Shown here piece after piece: positions 57,666 through 64,000 of a DNA stretch of 64,000 nt. Each line of letters begins with the position of its first letter. The stretch's first letter is position 1. Source of the stretch: an uncultured virus (IMG/VR IMGVR_UViG_3300017782_000009) (lineage: Duplodnaviria > Heunggongvirae > Uroviricota > Caudoviricetes); IMG/VR virus record IMGVR_UViG_3300017782_000009; one strand, given 5' to 3'. The position numbers and the translations under genes were made by a program. The notes below the pieces were generated by a model. That model did not search any database. It was not told where the DNA came from and saw nothing but the letters and a program-made list of their open reading frames with translations.

Positions 57666-58591
57666 AAGTTGTAAGTTATTTGAAAACTGTTCCTGCTGGA
57701 AACAGAAACCTGCAAAAACCTGAATTGTTAAGACAATTTGTTAACGGTGTTAATGCCGCTGGCGACATTGGTATTTTGCATGATCAAAATAACTTAATAG
57801 ATTGTGACGTTGGTATGATTCAAGGTTGGGTCTATGACAAAACTACTACTGAGCATTTGCGTCTACGTAAAACAATTATAAAAACACAAAAACTTACTGG
57901 CAAACATTCTGCTACAGCAGATGCTAATTTATTTTTGTATCACGATAAAACAAACCCACATGGATATTTACGTTACAGTTTTAACGGCGTATTTCCTAGT
58001 ACAGGAGAATATTGTGATAGCGAAATAGATCCTACACGGTGGACACAAATATCTCAAGATACAGGAATAAAATTAGAACCATATAAATTAACAGGCGGCC
58101 ATATTGTATTAATGTTACAACGAAATGGCGGCTGGAGTATGGGCGGACTAAATGTAGAAACGTGGGCACTAAAGACTATTGCTAATATAAGACGTTATAC
58201 AGATAGACATATTATTATACGTTCACACCCTGGTGATCGATTTGCAAAGAATTATTTAAAAACTCTACATGCTAACTTAAAAGGTCAGCCGTCGATATCA
58301 ATATCAAAGATTGGTACACCTTACGAACAAGATATGCTTAATGCATGGGCAGTAGTTAATCACAATAGTAGTGCAGCTGTTGGGCCTATTATAAACGGCT
58401 ATCATTGTTTCTTAACTGACCCAAGAAATAGTCAGTGTTCTGAAGTATCAAATACAGACTTTAAACATATTGAAAAGCCATTAGAATATGATAGGGAACG
58501 TTGGTTACAACGTATTAGTATGATGCATTGGAAATTTAGTGAATTAACAAACGGATCTTGTTGGCGTCATATGAGACAGTTTATCTCCTAG
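57662..58591 (+). CDS. Capsule-biosynthesis-like (GT-B, KpsS/KpsC-like) glycosyltransferase
   Basis: 'LMLQ', 'IIRSHP', 'VVNHNSSAA'. Confidence 0.55.
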   Translation: MKVVSYLKTVPAGNRNLQKPELLRQFVNGVNAAGDIGILHDQNNLIDCDVGMIQGWVYDKTTTEHLRLRKTIIKTQKLTGKHSATADANLFLYHDKTNPHGYLRYSFNGVFPSTGEYCDSEIDPTRWTQISQDTGIKLEPYKLTGGHIVLMLQRNGGWSMGGLNVETWALKTIANIRRYTDRHIIIRSHPGDRFAKNYLKTLHANLKGQPSISISKIGTPYEQDMLNAWAVVNHNSSAAVGPIINGYHCFLTDPRNSQCSEVSNTDFKHIEKPLEYDRERWLQRISMMHWKFSELTNGSCWRHMRQFIS

Positions 58592-59429
58592 TCCAATAGG
58601 ACTCAGTTCTATTAACCATAATATCTTTAGGTAAACTTTTTCCTGTATTTTTACGATCACCTTTCATGTGATCAATCCATTTACCAAGTATAGTATTAAT
58701 TAACGGATGTCCACCACCGCCTGTTTTTGCTTCTCGAAGATACATTTCTGCACTGTAATCAAATGCATTAGGAAAGTCTGATTTAAATCTATTTAGAATA
58801 TTACCAAACACAAAACTGTCATGCCATTCTTCTAATAAAAATATACCTTCTTCTGCTTGTTCATATACACGTTCAAACTCTTTTAAGAACTCGTGACACA
58901 CAGGATGATTAAGATTCATTCCATAAAATCCGCACTCTGGCCATGTCTGTGATCCTTTGCCTCGACCAACATATGTGATCCATTGATTATCTGGTAAGCA
59001 TTCTTTAAACTCATTGTATGACCAATTACTGTGTACAAACGTATCTGCATCCATCCACACACACCAGCCCTTAGAGCGTTCACAAGCGTCATACACAGCA
59101 TATGTCTTGTTAGCAAGGCGTATAGCGTCCCACTTAAATGCTTTATGGTGATCACGCGGTCTACGTGCTTTAATATCTTCTGGAGGTATGCCGTTTGCTT
59201 TAGGTACATCTTTCCAACGCTCTTTAAAAGCATTTAGTTTAGGTAATGCTTCTTCTGCATTGAGTATCGTAATCTGTTCTGGATTAGGATTTATAGGGTT
59301 ACAGTCCTCAGCATATACCAGTAACTTAATTCTACTATCAACTTTTTCTGCAAAACTATCTAAAAATCTTTGTCCGTATAATGTTAGTCCTGGTTGGTGA
59401 AAAGTTGTAACCACAGTTATGTCAGTCAT
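58581..59429 (-). CDS. GT-A fold glycosyltransferase
   Basis: 'VVTTF', 'WMDAD' (DxD), 'ECGF', 'EWHDS', 'DHMKG'; GAGGA SD. Confidence 0.7.
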   Translation of the reverse strand: MTDITVVTTFHQPGLTLYGQRFLDSFAEKVDSRIKLLVYAEDCNPINPNPEQITILNAEEALPKLNAFKERWKDVPKANGIPPEDIKARRPRDHHKAFKWDAIRLANKTYAVYDACERSKGWCVWMDADTFVHSNWSYNEFKECLPDNQWITYVGRGKGSQTWPECGFYGMNLNHPVCHEFLKEFERVYEQAEEGIFLLEEWHDSFVFGNILNRFKSDFPNAFDYSAEMYLREAKTGGGGHPLINTILGKWIDHMKGDRKNTGKSLPKDIMVNRTESYWTRR

Positions 59430-59441
59430 TCGTTAATCCTC

Positions 59442-59465
59442 TTAAATACTATATAAGGTATTTAA
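59442..59465. promoter_or_regulatory. Face-to-face late promoters in an inverted repeat
   Basis: TTAAATAC (59442-59449) ... GTATTTAA (59458-59465) between two divergent genes. Confidence 0.6.
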
Positions 59466-59467
59466 CA

Positions 59468-60343
59468 ATGATTTTTTGTCTCTACACTGATTATGGCGCA
59501 CTAAATAGCAAGCCAATTTTTGAAGCATTTGCCAAAAGTGTGACCGACGCTGGCCATACAGTCATATATAATGAGCCCTATAGAGTTATGTCGCATTATG
59601 AAAACTATGACGTTGCCGTTATATGGAGTGTTCTATGGAACGGACGAATGGCACAAAACAAGACGGTATGGGAACAGAATCGTTTATTAGATAGACCGGT
59701 TATCGTATTAGAAGTAGGCGGCATAAAAAGAGGCACAACATGGAAGGTTGGATTAAATGGCATTAACAAAGATGCTTATTTTGGCAACGCTACTCGAGGT
59801 AGTAATCGTGCTGAACGCTTTGGCTTAGAACTTAAACCTTGGCGAACTGAAGGCGAATATATTCTTATTTGTGGGCAACACGACAAGAGTCTGCAATGGG
59901 CAGGCATGCCTCCAATGAGCCAATGGGTTCAAAAGACTATTACAGAAATACAACAATATACAAATCGTCCTATAATATTTAGGCCTCATCCTAGATGTCC
60001 ATTGCCCCATATAGAACACGAATTTAAAAACGTATTAAGGCAAGACCCACGTAAACTTACAGGCACATATGACGACTTTGATATGAAGTTTGACAACATA
60101 TGGGCTACAGTAAGTTGGTCTAGTAATCCAGGCATACACAGTATTATAAACGGTGTACCTGCATTTGTAGGACCATCAAGTTTAGCATGGAATGTTGCTA
60201 ATGCACCATTAGAAGATATTGAAAATCCACACATGGGTGCAAGACAAGAATGGCTTGAAGAGTATGCACACACTGAACATACTATAGATGAAATAGCACA
60301 AGGTATTCCGTTAAATCACTTATTAAACCAATTATCTTCTTGA
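59468..60343 (+). CDS. Capsule-biosynthesis-like (KpsS/KpsC-like) glycosyltransferase
   Basis: 'LEVG', 'LICGQH.DKS', 'FRPHP', 'VSWSSN', 'GVPAF'. Confidence 0.6.
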   Translation: MIFCLYTDYGALNSKPIFEAFAKSVTDAGHTVIYNEPYRVMSHYENYDVAVIWSVLWNGRMAQNKTVWEQNRLLDRPVIVLEVGGIKRGTTWKVGLNGINKDAYFGNATRGSNRAERFGLELKPWRTEGEYILICGQHDKSLQWAGMPPMSQWVQKTITEIQQYTNRPIIFRPHPRCPLPHIEHEFKNVLRQDPRKLTGTYDDFDMKFDNIWATVSWSSNPGIHSIINGVPAFVGPSSLAWNVANAPLEDIENPHMGARQEWLEEYAHTEHTIDEIAQGIPLNHLLNQLSS

Positions 60344-60368
60344 CTTTACAAGCATTTTGTTATAAAAT
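60340..60368 (+). promoter_or_regulatory. Sigma70-type promoter
   Basis: TTGACT (60340-60345), 17 nt, TAAAAT (60363-60368). Confidence 0.6.
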
Positions 60369-60391
60369 ATATGTATTAGTTGAGGAGAACT

Positions 60392-61603
60392 ATGCCCATG
60401 AAAACTTGCGAAGATTGCTTAGAGTTATTAATAGGACTACATACAGGTCCTAAGTTCGATGTTGAATCGCCAGATGTTAATTTTCTAGGTAGTATTGCTA
60501 GACAAACTTTTAGAGGTATTGGTTTTACAGATCGTCAATATGAAGCCGTTAAAGAAAAATTAACAGGAACATATCGATCACAATTTGTAGAACATAATAT
60601 AGATCTTAATGAGTGTATTAAAACATTAAGGGTTCCGTTAAGAAAGTTAGATCGAGCAAAATGGATCAAAGTAATTGACAACGGGCAGGATGAACCTTAT
60701 ATTGGTGTACGATTTGTTTTTAGTAAAAAATTAATTGCTAAAAAAGAAAATCTAAAAAACAAAGTTGTGCATCTTGGATACGATAAAATTGAAAAGGTAC
60801 ATTCGTTCCAACTAACTGAATCTGCTATCTATCAAATAATAGAAGAATTTAAAAATTCGCACTTTGATATTGAAGAGCAATTACTTAACCAACATAGGAA
60901 AATAACAGAAATAATGCAAAACAAGAATGACTATATTCCTGGTATATATAATTTTAATCTTAAGAACTTACATCAGAACGGTGTTAACTACGTTGTGTCA
61001 GCGTTAGGAGAACCAACGCCTAATAACTTATATAAGTTTTATGATAGAAGAGAATTACTAGGCCTATCTCACTTTGATCAAAATGACTTAGAACAAACTT
61101 TAAAATCTTTACTGCCATTAACTAAACGATTAATTCAACGAGAACAAACACACGTCTTAGTTAAGCCATCTGAATTTACTATTCATAATTTAGTAGAAAC
61201 TATACTAGAATTATTTCGCTTTCCATTAGTAATTGTTCTAAATGAAAAGTATGCAAGAGACGAGCTTTACGAATTTAATAGAGCATTTAACGGAATCATA
61301 CCAAGTGATAATATGTCTGTTATGTTTAGATTAGAAAATAAAGAACCTGATGCAGTAGAGTTTAATCGCTATATCAAAGAGAATAATTTAAACAATCCGG
61401 TTGACAAAAATACCAAAATAGTGTATATTAGTAATAATAAAGTTCCAAAACCGTTATTGACATCTGACTGGGTGCCGATCACAGGCATTACAACTGAATC
61501 AAGGCAACCACCTAAGATAGAAACTTATTTAGGTGCTCTTGATTTAGTAATGCATTACGACAACGATGTAGTTTGGAGAGGAAGTACAGTAGAAAAAATA
61601 TGA
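60392..61603 (+). CDS. Hypothetical protein upstream of uvsW
   Basis: GAGGAG SD before the in-frame ATG at 60392; ~400 aa. Confidence 0.65.
   Translation: MPMKTCEDCLELLIGLHTGPKFDVESPDVNFLGSIARQTFRGIGFTDRQYEAVKEKLTGTYRSQFVEHNIDLNECIKTLRVPLRKLDRAKWIKVIDNGQDEPYIGVRFVFSKKLIAKKENLKNKVVHLGYDKIEKVHSFQLTESAIYQIIEEFKNSHFDIEEQLLNQHRKITEIMQNKNDYIPGIYNFNLKNLHQNGVNYVVSALGEPTPNNLYKFYDRRELLGLSHFDQNDLEQTLKSLLPLTKRLIQREQTHVLVKPSEFTIHNLVETILELFRFPLVIVLNEKYARDELYEFNRAFNGIIPSDNMSVMFRLENKEPDAVEFNRYIKENNLNNPVDKNTKIVYISNNKVPKPLLTSDWVPITGITTESRQPPKIETYLGALDLVMHYDNDVVWRGSTVEKI
61401..61429 (+). promoter_or_regulatory. Possible intragenic sigma70 promoter for uvsW
   Basis: TTGACA (61401-61406), 17 nt, TATATT (61424-61429). 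Confidence 0.5.
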
Positions 61604-63060
61604 GTTGTAGATTAATAATACAAGACGAAGTAAACATTAAACTAGAAGGTTTAGATGTAGATGTACGCCGTAAATTATCAAATGCATTGAAGTTTGAAGT
61701 ACCATATGCAAGGTATATGCCGCAATATAAACTAGGTCGTTGGGACGGCAAGGTTGCATTTTTTGGTATAGGTGGTACAGGTTATGTTAATCATTTAGAC
61801 ACAGTAGTTTCAATATTACAAAAAGAAAATGTTGAAATAGTAGACATTGTAGATCAAAGACATCCTATTCAATTAAACTTCACCCCAGTAACAAAAGATT
61901 ACTGGAAGGATCAAGGCATCCAATGGCCCGAAGGTCACCCTGCAGAAGGTGAAGACATTATTCTACGTGATTACCAAGTTGAAGCCATCAACAACTTCCT
62001 TGATAATCCGCAGAGCTTGCAACAGATTGCAACTGGTGCAGGTAAAACTATTACCACAGCAACATTAAGTCATATCAGTGAGCCTTACGGACGTAGTCTT
62101 GTAATTGTGCCAAATAAATCTCTTGTTGAACAAACGGAAGAGGATTATATAAACTGTGGACTCGACGTCGGTGTATACTTTGGTGATAGGAAACAACTTG
62201 GCAAGACTCATACTATTTGTACTTGGCAGAGCTTAAACATCTTAGATAAGAAAACTAAAGATGGTTCTGCTGTGCTGAGTCTTGCTGAATTTTTAGAAGG
62301 TGTAAGCACAATTATTATTGACGAAGTACACCAAGCAAAAGCAGAAGTATTAAAAAAATTACTTACACAAAACTTACGTAATGCTCCAATACGTTGGGGA
62401 CTTACTGGAACTATTCCAAAAGAAAAGTTTGAGTTTGAAAGTATACATGCAAGTATTGGACCAGTTATTGGACATATTACTGCAAAAGAATTACAAGACA
62501 AAGGCGTACTTGCTGAATGTCATGTTAATGTAGTACAGTTAATCGATGTTGTTGAACACAGAGATTATCAATCAGAATTAAAATATCTAGTAACAGATAG
62601 TAATAGATTAGAATATATAGGCAAATTATTAAACACAGTTTCTCAGTCAGGCAATACTTTAATATTAGTAGATAGAATTAGTGCAGGACAACAGTTAGCA
62701 GAGCTTATTCCTGGTAGCACATTTGTTAGTGGCACAGTTAAGGTTAAAGACAGAAAAGAAACATACGACGAGATTAAGGAAGGTACTAACAAAGTTATTA
62801 TTGCTACATATGGTGTAGCGGCTGTTGGTCTTAACATTCCTAGAATTTTCAATCTTGTACTTATTGAACCCGGCAAAAGTTTTGTTAGGGTTATACAAAG
62901 TATAGGTAGAGGCGTAAGAAAGGCAAAGGACAAGGACTTCGTACAAATATGGGATTTAACATCTACATGTAAGTATGCGAAGAGACATTTAACACAACGA
63001 AAAAAATTCTATAAGGAAGCACAATATCCTTTCACTATAGAAAAAGTAGAATGGAACTAA
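61600..63060 (+). CDS. uvsW: SF2 DNA helicase, UvsW-like (start MSCRLII at 61600)
   Basis: RDYQ, 'ATGAGKT', 'IIDEVH', 'GLTGT', 'QSIGRGVR'; ATGA overlap. Confidence 0.9.
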   Translation: MSCRLIIQDEVNIKLEGLDVDVRRKLSNALKFEVPYARYMPQYKLGRWDGKVAFFGIGGTGYVNHLDTVVSILQKENVEIVDIVDQRHPIQLNFTPVTKDYWKDQGIQWPEGHPAEGEDIILRDYQVEAINNFLDNPQSLQQIATGAGKTITTATLSHISEPYGRSLVIVPNKSLVEQTEEDYINCGLDVGVYFGDRKQLGKTHTICTWQSLNILDKKTKDGSAVLSLAEFLEGVSTIIIDEVHQAKAEVLKKLLTQNLRNAPIRWGLTGTIPKEKFEFESIHASIGPVIGHITAKELQDKGVLAECHVNVVQLIDVVEHRDYQSELKYLVTDSNRLEYIGKLLNTVSQSGNTLILVDRISAGQQLAELIPGSTFVSGTVKVKDRKETYDEIKEGTNKVIIATYGVAAVGLNIPRIFNLVLIEPGKSFVRVIQSIGRGVRKAKDKDFVQIWDLTSTCKYAKRHLTQRKKFYKEAQYPFTIEKVEWN

Positions 63061-63063
63061 CAT

Positions 63064-63570
63064 ATGAGAATATTAACGCTAGAAAATAAATCGTTTGAAC
63101 TAAACGATATGCCAGAACAGATTGAAGATGAAATACGATTTGCTGTATTAGATAACAGTGACCCAAAAGAAACAGATTTCTTTTTTGTACCAATGATCTT
63201 TTTAGAATCATTTAGTGCGCCAGCAATGGTAATGGAAATTAATGGAAAAGAAATAATGATGCCAGTTGATTGGAGCATTGCAGTAGGTGATAGTGAAAGT
63301 GGATCTGACTTAGAAGTACTACCACTAACAAGTATTAATGATAGAGGATTTGAAGCATTCCTCTTTAATCCGTTAACAAGTTTTAAAGTTGACTTTGGCA
63401 CTGTAAAGATTACTAACTTTTACTCAGATGTAAAATGGTATTTTCCAAAAGTAAAGAACGGACAGTTACTTTCAATACCTATTACAGAAGGCGACAATCC
63501 TTTGTGTGCATTTTTTATTAAAGAGATAAGCAGACAAAGTGAAGTTATAGACTTTGGTCAGTTATTATAA
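63064..63570 (+). CDS. Hypothetical beta-rich protein
   Basis: 168 aa immediately after uvsW. Confidence 0.65.
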   Translation: MRILTLENKSFELNDMPEQIEDEIRFAVLDNSDPKETDFFFVPMIFLESFSAPAMVMEINGKEIMMPVDWSIAVGDSESGSDLEVLPLTSINDRGFEAFLFNPLTSFKVDFGTVKITNFYSDVKWYFPKVKNGQLLSIPITEGDNPLCAFFIKEISRQSEVIDFGQLL

Positions 63571-63580
63571 GGAGAAACAC

Positions 63581-63937
63581 ATGACTTTAAAAGCAGGAAA
63601 AATATGGGGTCAAACAGAACTGATTCACGCAAACGGTGTACTAGAGTTTCATCGTATTGAATATAAAGGCGGATTTAAATGTTCAGAACACGAACACAAA
63701 TTTAAATGGAACGGCTTCTTTGTTGAGTCAGGCAAGATGTTAGTACGTGTTTGGCAAGACGATCAAGAAGGATTAGTTGACGAAACTATTTTAAATCCAG
63801 GAGACTTTATGCAAGTAAAGCCAGGCAAAGTACATCAGTTTGAAGGAATAGAAGATGGTGTAGCATTTGAACTATACTGGGCAGAGTTTAATCACGATGA
63901 TATTGTTAGACGTACAGTAGGAAGTCCAGTTAAGTAA
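63581..63937 (+). CDS. Cupin-domain protein (sugar isomerase-like)
   Basis: AAGGAG SD; 'KIWG', 'CSEHEH', 'FFVESG', 'PGKVHQF'. Confidence 0.75.
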   Translation: MTLKAGKIWGQTELIHANGVLEFHRIEYKGGFKCSEHEHKFKWNGFFVESGKMLVRVWQDDQEGLVDETILNPGDFMQVKPGKVHQFEGIEDGVAFELYWAEFNHDDIVRRTVGSPVK

Positions 63938-64000
63938 TGTACAGTAAAAAGTACATAGAAGAGCTTCGTATAATACATGCTGACAAAACACGACTCAAAG
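63937..64000 (+). CDS. 3'-partial ORF resembling the N-terminus of methyltransferase 53985..54539
   Basis: TAATG coupling; MYSKKYIEELRIIH versus MAHSNEYVEELKILH. Confidence 0.5.
   Translation, partial: MYSKKYIEELRIIHADKTRLK

Noticed and set aside
1..64000. Stop-codon reassignment, tRNA genes, CRISPR array
   Set aside because: All three stops end genes and coding density is high in code 11. Intergenic gaps are short, and I saw no cloverleaf or repeat-spacer pattern by eye; tRNAscan-SE was not run.

Overview
An AT-rich, gene-dense segment of a large T4-superfamily (myovirus-type) phage genome in standard code 11; TAA, TAG and TGA all act as stops. Positions 1-21.9 kb and 27.5-32.5 kb encode tail-fibre/virion adhesin-like proteins. 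These include two giant paralogues (1838 and 2790 aa), an S74-chaperone fibre, a lectin-like protein, two propeller-like paralogues and a subtilisin. Embedded at 21.9-27.5 kb is a six-gene tailoring-enzyme operon (U32-family Fe-S protein fused to a methyltransferase, two 2OG-Fe(II) oxygenases, a flavin-dependent halogenase and two unknowns) behind a near-consensus sigma70 promoter. Positions 33-50 kb hold core morphogenesis genes (gp15, gp14, gp13, sheath, tube, baseplate-tube protein, gp4, terminase). Positions 50-63 kb hold gp32, uvsX, uvsY and uvsW, with a ~7 kb glycan-synthesis island between uvsY and uvsW that is preceded by late-type TAAATA boxes. At the regulatory level, TAAATA lies 4-5 nt before the ATG of at least seven genes, suggesting leaderless late mRNAs. 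There are also paired divergent promoters, in-frame internal starts and structured leaders at gp32 and uvsX. I saw no tRNA, CRISPR array, intein or integrase. All family calls come from motif recognition by eye, not database searches.
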